DNA of 64,000 bases, from the NCBI GenBank assembly GCA_964016885.1, contig OZ024750.1, positions 52,204,001 to 52,268,000 on the forward strand. The letters run 5' to 3'. Made by a program: the position numbers and the translations under genes. Shown in pieces: positions 1 through 14,325 of the stretch. Below the pieces are notes generated by a model. That model worked only from the letters and a program-made list of their open reading frames with translations. It did no database searches and was not told the DNA's origin. Position 1 is the first letter of the stretch. The number at the start of each line of letters is the position of its first letter. This stretch comes from Eledone cirrhosa. Its lineage: Eukaryota.

Positions 1-47
1 GTAACATAGATAGGTTAATGGGGACAATATGTGTGTATGTATGTATG

Positions 48-91
<44 letters not shown>

Positions 92-164
92 GTGTATAAT
101 AAATAGTCACTGAGGTTTAAATAAACTTGAAACTCATAAATAATTGAACTTCTAGCTAAGTTTA

Positions 165-364
165 NNNNNNNNNNNNNNNNNNNNNNNNNNNNNNNNNNNN
201 NNNNNNNNNNNNNNNNNNNNNNNNNNNNNNNNNNNNNNNNNNNNNNNNNNNNNNNNNNNNNNNNNNNNNNNNNNNNNNNNNNNNNNNNNNNNNNNNNNNN
301 NNNNNNNNNNNNNNNNNNNNNNNNNNNNNNNNNNNNNNNNNNNNNNNNNNNNNNNNNNNNNNNN
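165..364. other. Assembly gap (200 N)
   Basis: Run of exactly 200 N, typical of a fixed-size scaffold join. Confidence 0.99.
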
Positions 365-645
365 ACTGTCCCCCTACTACCATAGCACTGCGCCCCCCCC
401 CCCCCACCATAGCACTGTATCCCCACTCTCACAGCTGTCGCCCCCCCCCCATTATCATAGCCTTGTCCCCCCTACTAACATAGCTCTGTCCTCCCTCACT
501 ACCATAGCTCTGTCCTCCCTCACTACCATAGCCCTGTCCTCTCCCCCCACTACCATAGCTCCGTCCTCCCTCCACTACCCTACCTCTGCCCCCCCCCGCC
601 CTCCATTCCCCCCCCCCCTTACTACCATAGCTCTGCTCCTCCCAA
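365..645. repeat. C-rich minisatellite, ~24-bp unit (CTACCATAGCTCTGTCCTCCCTCA-like)
   Basis: Degenerate repeated CCATAGC-CTGTCC-poly(C) units directly after the gap. Confidence 0.8.
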
Positions 646-747
646 CATTTCATTCTGTTTCACAAATTCTCTATATTCATTCTACTTAATCTTGATATCT
701 TCAATTCAAAGCATGAATTGTTGCTGTTTAGACAAGGAGGGAGACAA

Positions 748-2643
748 ATGTATATATTATATGTATGTATATATTATATGTATGTATATATTATATGTAT
801 GTATATATTATATGTATGTATATATTATATGTATGTATATATTATATGTATGTATATATTATATGTATGTATATATTATATGTATGTATATATTATATGT
901 ATGTATATATTATATGTATGTATATATTATATGTATGTATATATTATATGTATATTATATGTATATATTATATGTATGTATATATTATATGTATGTATAT
1001 ATTATATGTATGTATATATTATATGTATGTATATATTATATGTATATGTATATATATATTATATGTATATATATATTATATGTATATATATATTATATGT
1101 ATATATATATTATATGTATATATATATTATATGTATATATATATTATATGTATATATATATTATATGTATATATATATTATATGTATATATATATTATAT
1201 GTATATATATATTATATGTATATATATATTATATGTATATATATATTATATGTATATATATATTATATGTATGTATATATTATATGTGTATATATTATAT
1301 GTATATTATATGTATATATATTATATGTATATATATTATATGTATATATATTATATGTATGTATATTATATGTATGTATATTATATGTATGTATATTATA
1401 TGTATGTATATTATATGTATATATATTATATGTATATATATTATATGTATGTATATTATATGTATGTATATTATATGTATGTATATATTATATGTATGTA
1501 TATATTATATGTATGTATATATTATATGTATGTATATATTATATGTATGTATATATTATATGTATGTATATATTATATGTATATATTATATGTATATATT
1601 GTATGTATATATTGTATATATATATATTGTATGTATATATATTGTATGTATATATATTGTATGTATATATATTGTATGTATATATATATGTATGTGTATA
1701 TATATATGTATGTGTATATATATATGTATGTGTATATATATATGTATGTGTATATATATATATGTATGTATATATATTATATGTATGTATATATATTATA
1801 TGTATGTATATATATTATATGTATGTATATATATTATATGTATGTATATATATTATATGTATGTATATATTATATGTATGTATATATTATATGTATGTAT
1901 ATATTATATGTATGTATATATTATATGTATGTATTATATGTATGTATGTATTATATGTATGTATGTATATATTATATGTATGTATGTATATATTATATGT
2001 ATGTATATGTATGTATGTATGTATGTATATGTATGTATGTATATATATGTATGTATGTATATTATATGTATATATATTATATGTATATATATTATATGTA
2101 TATATATTATATGTATATATATTATATGTATATATATTATATGTATATATATTATATGTATATATATATGTATATATATTATATGTATATATATTATATG
2201 TATATATATTATGTGTATATATATTATGTGTATATATATTATGTGTATATATATTATGTGTATATATATTATGTGTATATATATTATGTGTATATATATT
2301 ATGTGTATATATATTATGTGATAATATATTATGTGTATATATATTATGTGTATATATATTATGTGTATATATATATTGTGTATATATATATTGTGTATAT
2401 ATATATTGTATGTATGTGTATATATTGTATGTATGTGTATATATTATATGTATGTATATATATATTGTATGTATGTATGTATGTATGTATGTATGTATAT
2501 ATGTATGTATGTATGTATGTATATATGTATGTATGTATGTATGTATATATGTATGTATGTATGTATATATGTATGTATGTATGTATATATGTATGTATGT
2601 ATGTATATATGTATGTATGTATGTATATATGTATGTATGTATG

Positions 2644-2676
<33 letters not shown>

Positions 2677-2691
2677 GTATATATATGTATG

Positions 2692-2750
<59 letters not shown>

Positions 2751-2990
2751 GTATGTATATGTATGTATATGTATGTATGTATATGTATGTATATGTATGT
2801 ATGTATATATGTATGTATATGTATATATGTATATATATATATATGTATGTATATATATATATATGTATGTATATATGTATATATATATATATGTATGTAT
2901 ATATATATGTATGTATATATATATGTATGTATATATATATGTATGTATGTATATATGTATATATATATGTATGTATGTATATATGTATAT

Positions 2991-3021
<31 letters not shown>

Positions 3022-3917
3022 TGTATATATGTATATATATGTATATATGTATGTATATATGTATATATATATATGTATGTATATATGTATATATATATAT
3101 GTATGTATGTATGTATATATGTATATATATATATATGTATGTATATATGTATATATATATATATGTATGTATATATATATATATGTATATATGTATGTAT
3201 ATATGTATATATGTATGTATATATATATATATGTATGTATATATATATATATGTATGTATATATATATATATGTATGTATGTATGTATATATATATATGT
3301 ATGTATATATATATATGTATGTATATATATATATGTATGTATATATATATATGTATGTATATATGTATATATATATATATGTATATATGTATGTATATAT
3401 GTATATATATATATATGTATATATATGTATATATGTATGTATGTATGTATATATATATATATGTATGTATATATATATGTATGTATATATATATATATGT
3501 ATGTATATATATATGTATGTATGTATATATATATATATGTATGTATATATGTATATATGTATATATGTATGTATGTATGTATATATGTATTGTATGTATA
3601 TATGTATATATGTATATATGTATGTATATATATATATATGTATATATGTATGTATATATATATATATGTATATATGTATGTATATATATATATATGTATA
3701 TATGTATGTATATATATATATATGTATATATGTATGTATATATATATATATGTATATATGTATGTATATATATATATATGTATATATGTATGTATATATA
3801 TATATATGTATATATGTATGTATATATATATATATGTATATATGTATGTATTATATATATATATGTATGTATATATGTATATATATATATATGTATGTAT
3901 ATATGTATGTATATATG

Positions 3918-3952
<35 letters not shown>

Positions 3953-4438
3953 GTATGTATATATGTATATATATATATATGTATGTATATGTATATATAT
4001 ATATATGTATGTATATATGTATATATATATATATGTATGTATATATGTATATATATATATATGTATGTATATATGTATATATATATATATGTATGTATAT
4101 ATGTATATATATATATGTATGTATATATGTATATATATATATATGTATGTATGTATATATGTATATATATATATATGTATGTATATATGTATATATATAT
4201 ATATGTATGTATATATGTATATATATATATATGTATGTATATATGTATATATATATATATGTATGTATATATGTATATATATATATATGTATGTATATAT
4301 GTATATATATATATATGTATGTATATATGTATATATATATATATGTATGTATATATGTATATATATATATGTATGTATATATGTATATTATTATATGTAT
4401 GTATATATGTATATATATATGTATGTATGTATATGTAT

Positions 4439-4469
<31 letters not shown>

Positions 4470-4755
4470 TATTATATTATATGTATGTATATATGTATAT
4501 ATATATATGTATGTATATATGTATATATATATGTATGTATATATGTATATATATATATGTATGTATATATGTATATATATATATGTATGTATATATGTAT
4601 ATATATATATGTATGTATATATGTATATATATATATGTATGTATATATGTATATATATATATGTATGTATATATGTATATATATATATATGTATGTATAT
4701 ATGTATATATATATATGTATGTATATATGTATATATATATATGTATGTATATATG

Positions 4756-4812
<57 letters not shown>

Positions 4813-4849
4813 GTATATATGTATATATATATATATATGTATGTATATA

Positions 4850-4882
<33 letters not shown>

Positions 4883-5234
4883 ATATATATATATATGTAT
4901 GTATATATGTATATATATATATATATGTATGTATATATATATATATATGTATGTATATATGTATATATATATATATATGTATGTATATATATATATATAT
5001 GTATGTATATATATATATATATGTATGTATATATGTATATATATGTATGTATATATGTATATATATATATATATGTATGTATATATGTATATATATATAT
5101 ATGTATGTATATATGTATATATATATATATGTATGTATTATGTATATATATATATATATGTATGTATATATGTATATATATATATATATGTATGTATATA
5201 TGTATATATATATATATATATGTATGTATATATG

Positions 5235-5266
<32 letters not shown>

Positions 5267-5294
5267 TATATATGTATATATATATGTATATATG

Positions 5295-5325
<31 letters not shown>

Positions 5326-5412
5326 ATATATATGTATATATGTATATATGTATGTATGTATGTATATATATATATATATGTATGTATGTATGTATATATA
5401 TATGTATATATG

Positions 5413-5443
<31 letters not shown>

Positions 5444-6302
5444 ATATATATGTATATATGTATATATGTATGTATGTATGTATATATATATATATGTATG
5501 TATGTATGTATATATGTATGTATGTATATATATATGTATATATGTATATATGTATGTATGTATGTATATATATATATATGTATGTATGTATGTATATATA
5601 TATGTATGTATGTATATATGTATATATGTATGTATATATGTATGTATATATGTATATATGTATATATATATATATGTATGTATATATGTATATATATATA
5701 TGTATGTATATATGTATGTATGTATATATGTATATATGTATGTATATATGTATATATATGTATATATGTATGTATATATGTATATATATATATATGTATG
5801 TATATATGTATATATATATATATGTATGTATATATGTATATATATATATATGTATGTATATATGTATATATATATATATGTATGTATATATGTATATATA
5901 TATATATGTATGTATATATGTATATATATATATATGTATGTATATATGTATATATATATATATGTATGTATATATGTATATATATATATGTGTATGTATA
6001 TATGTATATATATATATATGTATGTATATATGTATATATATATGTATGTATGTATATATGTATATATATATGTATGTATGTATATATGTATATATATATA
6101 TATGTATGTATATATGTATATATATATATATGTATGTATATATGTATATATATATATGTATGTATATATGTATATATATATATATGTATGTATATATGTA
6201 TATATATATATATGTATGTATATATGTATATATATATATGTATGTATATATGTATATATATATATGTATGTATATATGTATATATATATATATATGTATG
6301 TA

Positions 6303-6341
<39 letters not shown>

Positions 6342-6834
6342 ATATGTATATATATGTATGTATATATGTATATATATATATATATGTATGTATGTATATA
6401 TATATATATATGTATGTATATATGTATATATATATATATATGTATGTATATATGTATATATATATATATATGTATGTATATATATATATATGTATGTATA
6501 TATGTATATATATATGTATGTATGTATGTATGTATATATATATGTATGTATGTATGTATGTATATATGTATGTATGTATATATGTATGTATGTATATATG
6601 TATGTATGTATATATATATATATGTATATATGTATGTATATATATGTATATATGTATGTATGTATATATGTATGTATATATATGTATATATGTATGTATG
6701 TATGTATGTATATATATATATATGTATATGTATGTATGTATGTATGTATGTATATATATATATATATGTATGTATGTATATGTATGTATATATGTATATA
6801 TATATATGTATATGTATGTATATATGTATATATG

Positions 6835-6869
<35 letters not shown>

Positions 6870-6904
6870 GTATGTATATATGTATGTATGTATATATGTA
6901 TATG
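748..6904. repeat. ~6.1-kb compound (TA)n/(TATG)n satellite
   Basis: + strand is A/T/G only; higher-order units of 15-22 bp; explains the 500-2100 aa Y/I/M/V/C ORFs. Confidence 0.98.
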
Positions 6905-7821
6905 GTCGGGTCGTTGGCAACTAAACTGGCAACCCCACCAAGGTTACTTGGTGAGGAGGGTGATTTTGGACATCCTGCAGGACTAAAAACAAAACCTGTC
7001 AAAGGGCAAAGGAGCTCTTGAGAGTCAATGGCCATCCAAAATCACCGGGAGAGATGACCCCTTAGCCTTTGTCAAGGCAGAATTCTAGGAGAAGGAAAAC
7101 ACTGATATAACACCAACAACCCTGATGGTATCCAATGATGTTGACTTGTTCTTCTTTTTGGTAAATATCATCTTGGTTAAGAGAGTGGGACTGGCTTTGT
7201 GCAGTGCCTTTGCTCACTATAAAAGCTTCACGGCACAGGCATTGCATTATATCTGGAGATCTCTCTGCACTTGTCGTCACATGGTACCATGGGCCCAGCA
7301 CTATGTGTCAATAATTGTCACAAGTGTCGTGTTTGTACCAGAGTTCTCAAGTCGCTGGCTGGACTAAAAAGTCACTCGTTCAGCGCATTGGTAGGGGTTC
7401 TCCTACATGGATATAAAGTAGTGGCCGTACTCGAAAACGAGTTGGCAGCCACCATATATATATATGTGTATATATGTATGTATATGTATGTATATGTGTA
7501 TATATGATGATGATATAATTAATTAAAAGTTGGTTAGAAACAGCGTCAATGCAGACAGGCAGACATAGACAGATATCAGTGCGCGACGTTATAGCTCAGT
7601 ATCTATCTAGAAAGAGAGAGGAATGTTGTATTATATATATTATATATAATAAAGTACCAGTAATGTACTGGGATAATTGCCAAAAGTAGAAACAATTATA
7701 CTTCTTTTTTATACAACTGTAAATAACTTGTTTATGTATGTATATATACCTATATATACGTATAAAGGAATGCTGTAATAAAATGTACAAATTAAACTCT
7801 TATTTATAATACTATATATAT

Positions 7822-7890
<69 letters not shown>

Positions 7891-8059
7891 GACACACACC
7901 AACCGACCGCGAAGTCATTGAATGGTTTTCATAATGCAGACATACAGAGACATGTTATAAGTGCGCGATGTTATAGCTATGTATCTGTCTAAGAAAGAGA
8001 GAGGAATGTATAACCGGAAGTGTTGACATTTGAAAATCTTAAAGAAGTGAATATTTAAA

Positions 8060-8214
8060 TAATTGTTTCTACTTTAGGCACAGGCCAGCAAATTACCCAG
8101 TGCATTACTGGTACTTTATTTTATCGACCTCGGCGGGAGTTGAACTCAGAATGGCAAGGGCCGTAACCCTATGCGTCAAAGCATGGCGTCCGACTCTCTA
8201 CCGATACTGCCAAT
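8060..8214 (-). mobile_element. tRNA-derived SINE, family A (partial)
   Basis: Reverse complement of the 57199-57384 element, including B-box GAGTTCAA and tail GGCCTGTGCCTAAAGTAGAAACAATTA. Confidence 0.85.
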
Positions 8215-8344
8215 TAAATATCTTTAATCTTTTAACAAAATTTAATAGACAAAAATACCCTCACTTCCTTACTTGGAAAAAGTTACATCTATGGTGCCGT
8301 TTGGCGAAAAGTTTGTTACATATATACGGCCGTCAGCTTTATTA

Positions 8345-8389
<45 letters not shown>

Positions 8390-9639
8390 TATGTATGTAT
8401 GTATGTATGTGTCTCGATGTAGGCCTTCATGTTGACACTGCTTAAAAACCAAACTTAAATCTAGTTTCCACTGATTTAGCTAGCCTTTTCTCAAGTCTAT
8501 CATAGAGGTCTTAGTCATATCATGAAAAGCAACATGTAATGAAATTTCTTGCTTGAGAACTCAACATGCCATCCAGTTCAGGATGTGAACACACAACCTT
8601 ATGATCATAAGTTTAATACCCTAACCACTAGGCCATGCTCTCACAGTTAAGTGGTTTGACAGGTGAAAATCAGACATAAACACAATGGTGATAACAATCC
8701 TCTCCTGCATTGAAGACATAAACACAATGGTGATCGCAACCCTCTCCTGCATTGAAGATGTAAACATTGTAGCAAAACTGGTTAACTCGAAAACCTTAAT
8801 ATGGAAATTTCAGTAAACTTTCCAAATAAGTCTAGGGTTTTTTGGGTTTTTTTTTTTTGTAATACATTATATAAAGTTTGGGTTCCAGATTTGATCCCAA
8901 GACTCAACACTTAGATTTCCAAACCAATAATTTGAAGGGTGGAGGGATTTGATTGACAGAAACTGTACAAAAGCTCTTTGTGTATGTTGGCAGGGAAAGC
9001 AAAAGGTCGTCCAGTGCTTTATAAAAATACTCTATGGGATATTTGTCCTGTCCAAATGGTAAAGAAAAGTACTTGTCAATGGAAAATGCAGCAAACCAGT
9101 AATTGGTCTTTTGGGAATCCTTGAACCATCAACACTGTTCTTCTCCAAATCTTAAGATCTTGCAATGTATGAACTGCTGGTGGGGTCATAGATGCACCAT
9201 AGAGACATAGTGACCTTCCCTCTCGAGGACATACAGTGACTCACAAGGAGAGAGATATAGAGAAAGAATTGACCCCACAACTTTGAAAGGATGAAAGGCA
9301 ATGTTGACCAGAACGGGATTTGAAGTGCAGAGCTGGAATGAATACTGCAAAACATTCCCTTTGTTCCATTTGCTGTCCTCCTGTAATGATTTAGCCCAGA
9401 GGTTATCAAAGTGGGTGCTACTGCCTGTCAGGTGGGCATTGAGAAGGTCCAGGGGGTGGGGTGGCAGTAGAGATGATATACTTTATTAAATATCAAATAA
9501 AACATATATAAATATAGTAAAATAAAAAAAATATTTATTTATACATTGTATATATTATGTTATTTATTATATGAAGACCCAATTTCCCACGGGTACAAGC
9601 CGAAGTTGAAACATATAGACAGTATGACACCACTCCCCT

Positions 9640-9908
9640 CTCACTGTAAAGTGGTTGTGGAGGTGTCACGACAAAAATCACCCAGTCCACACTGTAAAGT
9701 GGTTGTGTAGGCGCCACGCTTAAAAAGCACCCAGTACTCACTGTAAATGAGGTTGGTGTTAGGAAGGACATCCAGCTGTAGAAACTGAGCCAGAATCAGT
9801 TGCGTATGAGTAAGACATGGTCACCTGACCTGGCATTGCCCACAACAGGACAACCCGTCTAACCCATGCTAGCATGGAAGAATTGACGTAAAACGGTGAT
9901 GATGATGA
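9640..9908 (+). mobile_element. RTE-LINE 3' UTR/tail fragment
   Basis: GTTAGGAAGG-CATCCAGCTGTAGAAA ... AACCCATGCTAGCATGGAA ... (GAT)n, shared with the tails at 59580-59744 and 62190-62346. Confidence 0.8.
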
Positions 9909-12242
9909 AATGATTTTATTTATTATATATTATTTACAATTTGTGTGTAGGCAGGTCTCTCTGGAAATAAGGTTGGGACACACACACGGTATTACATTGC
10001 CATAAGGGGGGACCAAACAAAAAGTTTGAGAACCTCTGATTTAGCAGATAATATAATTCAAATGTTTATAGTATCTTAGTGTACAGGTCATTGTGGGGAA
10101 TTTGTAGTAACTAAATTGAATATTTCAATGTGATGTAGTGATGGTACTGTTTTGTAATCTTCATGGATGTCTTACTAATGTGGTTTCATGTGGTACAGGT
10201 CAAAAAGAATTATATATTGTTTGAGCCTAATTTCCTCGTTCTGTAAAGAATTCTTTTACATAGTTTTTGGCTCTGGAACCTCTAAAAATGTAAGAAACAA
10301 AAGAAATCTCTGTATGTCTACAGAATGTTACAATAAATAAATATCTTGTAACTATTAACAAAAATGTTTCATATTTGCTCAATTTCAGTTTTGTACAAAT
10401 ATGAAAGAATGTATATGTGAAAGGGTAGGAAGTGGGTTTCTCTGGCAACACTGGTGAAATGCCCCAAAGATAAAAAGCATATCTGTATGGTTAGGAAGTT
10501 TGCTTCACAATCACATGGGAGTTCAATAAAACAGCTTGGCACCTTGAGCATGTGTTTACTGACATATCTGAATTGACCATTGCTTTGTGGTGAAAATTTG
10601 AGAAAATGAAAATTGTGCAGAAGCCAGTTGTATCTCTCAAGTCTGGTACTTATTTTATCAATCTCCATTTGTTGAACTGCTTAGTGAACATAAAAATAGA
10701 CTTGCATAAATATATACACTACACTTCACCTGTGACTTGAAAGCTGAGGATTACATTAGTCATAGGCCTTTTTTTACCTCAAATTTAACAACTCAGAATG
10801 GAGGTGCATGCAGGATATTGAAGATTCTTTCATGGCAAAAAATAAGGTATATGACGGGCTTTAAAGTTTCCATCTACCAAACTTCACACACAAGGCATTG
10901 ATCAAGCTAAGGCTTTAGTAGAAGACACTTGCCCAAGGTGCTGTGCACTGGATCTGGATCTGAAACTATGTGAATATAAAGGGAACTCCTTAACCACACA
11001 GCCATGCTTATGTGGCTGTAACTATTTGTTTTGTAAGAACTAAACTTGTTTGCCCTGTTAAATCACGTTAATTGCAAGTTTAAAGGACAATAATAATAAT
11101 ATTGAAAACAATCATTGTGATGGTATTTAGTACATTTTATAGTAAAAAATTGTATAGAATTTATTGGACTGTTTCATAACTTTATATAGAACTTTCATCA
11201 GATCAAAGTGTTTATTTAGTCTGTCATTTGTGCGAGTGTGTGCGTTTTACTGTTTAGCTTGGCCTGGATTCTATCATTCTATTACTGATGTCAGTCAGTG
11301 ATCTGAGACCACGCTGGAGCAACTCCTTTAGCCGTTTTAGTCTATCATACCCACCCAATATGGTGCTTGTTTTATTGATCTCTATTTATCTAGTTGTTGA
11401 CTTTTAAACAGTTTGGTTTAAAAACTGATGTAACTCAATGCAAAGATATACACCAGTATAACAAACACACACGAGGAAGACCAAGGTAAACCTGGGCAGA
11501 GGTGCTGAGAATAGATCTCAAAATGTTGGATGTTGTAGAGGAGATGGCGAGAGAATCCAAGGTGTAGAAGGCTATGTATGTATATATTAAAATATTGCAG
11601 AAGATATTTACAATTCTGTGAATATGCAGTGGTTTCCACAAACAATTATTAGTTAGGTTCTAAAGAAAATTCTGTGAATAACCAGGACCACGAATGCTGG
11701 AAATACACTGTAAACACACAGAATATGTAAGGGCATGATTTGGACTGTTGCTGCTTTTTCTAACAGGTCAAGAAAACATAAGAGCTCTCTCTCTTTCTCT
11801 CTCTCGTTGGCTTGTCTTTAAGCAGTTTTTCATTCAGTTCTTTGCGTGTTTCTTTAATTATTAGATTTAACAATTAAGGAGGAGGAGTGGGGAGATGTGC
11901 ACTGGCAGACTTCTAAGCACTTTGTGAATTCCACTGTGAGAGTTATTTTAGTGTTCTTAACAAGCAGGAGGTTAGCTTTTCATTGGCATTGGTGTGTATG
12001 TCCTGCTGATATATCTTCTTGGCATTTCAAATGTTTTTCAAGGAGATTGTCTGTTTTTACATAATACATACACTACCAACACACATACACGTTGTAGGAT
12101 AGTTGATGCCAAAATTTTCCATTTGATTTGTAAATGGTATTTAGTTGGGTACGTTATTATTTTAGTGGTTCATGTTTTCCCCCATTGCCCACTGGGAAAT
12201 GACAACTTTTCAATCATGCAATAAAAAAAAATAAGGATAACA

Positions 12243-12434
12243 ATAATTGTTTCTATTTTTGGTACAAGGCCAGCAATTATCCCAGTGTATTACTGGTACT
12301 TTATTTTATTGTCCCCGTAAGGATTAAAGGCAAAGTTAACCTCGGTGGGATTTGAACTCAGACCATAAAGTGCCGTAACTCTTTGCTGCAAAGCATGGTG
12401 TCAGACCCTCTACCGATACTGCCAATCCACCACC
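12243..12434 (-). mobile_element. tRNA-derived SINE, family A
   Basis: Reverse-complement match to 57199-57384 and 62908-63091. Confidence 0.85.
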
Positions 12435-12624
12435 CTGATTTAGGCTCAAGTCAAAGAAATTGACCCTTGTGACTAGTATTTAATTTTATTGACCCTGGAT
12501 GAAAAATAATATTGACCTCAAGGTAATTCAAATTTAGGGTGTAATAAACCAAAATCAATACCACAAATCACAAAAATTGCTTCAGCAATTCTGCCAATAT
12601 TCCACTCAACCCTTTCATTCTACC

Positions 12625-12900
12625 TAAAGTCTGTCTCAAGCCCGGAAGCCCAGGCTGGTGCTTATCTTGGTTTCTGTGGCGTTAAGTGACTGAGTGTATA
12701 ATACTCGCCCCTGGACAGATGCCGGTTCATCACAAGGTTAAACCCACAGCTATTGCTGGTACTCATTTTCAGCTGAATATACTGGAGCAACATGAAATGA
12801 CATATTTTGCTCAAGAAAGCAACACATAACTCAGTTCAGGAATCAAACTTACATTATGATCATAAGTTCAGAACACTTACCACTAGGTCACACACCTTCA
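12625..12900 (-). mobile_element. tRNA-derived SINE, family B head/core with a non-RTE tail
   Basis: Minus strand: CCTAGTGGTAAG head and TTCTTGAGCAAAA...TTGCTCCAGT...TCAGCTGAAAATGAGTACCAGC core resembling the widespread invertebrate Meta/V-type SINE central domain (family assignment from memory). Confidence 0.65.
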
Positions 12901-13995
12901 CTAACCCTTTCATTTTTGATGAAATACACTGTATTTGAATTGGCTAAGGAAGGACTTTAAAGGGTTTACTAAAATTAATTACTGTATTATGAAGTTGGTT
13001 CTTAAATATGGGTCCTATAAAAAATTATGTTGGAAGATTTTTATTTCAATGGTATGGTCCCATAACTCCTGCAGGTGTCGTAGGGGTGCCATATTGATAT
13101 AGTGTTTCTAGGGTATTTTTTAAACCTGGCAGTGTCCGTCTCCAGGTCTGAGCACAGCAGATTTCTTCTAGAGAAGGGTAGAGATTGAGAGAATGGAAAT
13201 GAGAAAGAAATATAGAAGAAGAATCAACCCCAGTGTTAGACTGGTGCTTTTTTTAATGATTGGGTTGATATTAAGACACAAGATTAGCAATTTGAGGGGA
13301 GAGGAATGTTCATCCTACTGTATGCTGCTTTATTTTAAATCTCCAGTGCTACAAAGCCATTTAAGGCACTTTATTGACACTTTATTGGACTCTATTGATT
13401 TGCATTTCCTTGGGATGAGATTTATTGAGACAGGTTTTCTGTGGCTTGGATGCCGTTCCTGGTGCCCTCCCTTAAAATACCATTTCAATAGTGGTGGATT
13501 GATGGATAAAGCTTTGCAATATTTGTTTCAGCTCTTTTCATTCTGAGTTCAAATCTCATCATTGCCTACTTGGGAGATATATTTAATTTGTTGGCAAGTT
13601 TAACACCACTGTTAGGAACAGCATTGAAAGCATTTGGGCCGGGTCTCTGGCTTGAGTTTACCTCCCTCTCTCTTCCCTACTAGCATCGGGGATCCTGAAA
13701 AGTACCATGAACACTGCTGACCCATCCCTCTGAAGAAATCAGGAGGGAAAAAAGTGAATGCTTCAAAATAAAAGTTCTTTTTCTATGATGGAACCTGAGC
13801 CAGCCCCAAGTAGGTTGCTATTGAGTTAAACAAGAGAACAGTGCAAAATATCATGCTTCTGTAAGGAGAAGTCATATTGTGGGTGTAGATAAGTACAACA
13901 TTATTTTATTGGTTATTATGATATAGAAAATAGGATTTCTGGTTGTTGGGGGAAGAAAATAGACATAAAGTTACATTAACTTTTCTGAATATATA

Positions 13996-14325
13996 TCATC
14001 ACCGTTTTACGTCCGTTCTTCCATGCTAGCATGGGTTAGACAGGTTCTCTTGTTGTGGGCAGTGTCCGGTCGGCTGACCATGTCTTGCTCATACAGGAAC
14101 TGATTCTGGCTTGATTTCTACAGCTGGATGCCCTTCTTAACACCAACCTCATTTACAGTGGAATGATAGGGACCCCAGTCCTATCATCTCATTTCTACAG
14201 CTGAGTAAACTCGAGCAATGTGAAATAGTGTCTTGCTCAAGGTAACAACACATTACCCAGTCCGAGAATTGAACTCACAACCTTTTGATTGCAAGCCCTA
14301 CACTCTAACCACTAAGCTGTGCGTG
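13996..14325 (-). mobile_element. tRNA-derived SINE, family B with RTE-derived tail
   Basis: Reverse-complement match to 57890-58221 (head, core, RTE tail, GAT repeats). Confidence 0.85.

Noticed and set aside
692-7035. ORFs of 500-2100 aa (YIYMYVC / YIHT repeats)
   Set aside because: Stop-free by composition of the TA/TATG satellite; open in most frames; no protein-like complexity
11163-11206. Stand-alone hammerhead call (CTGATGA...GAAACAGTC, minus strand)
   Set aside because: Stem II does not pair and stem I is offset; kept only as a weak relic
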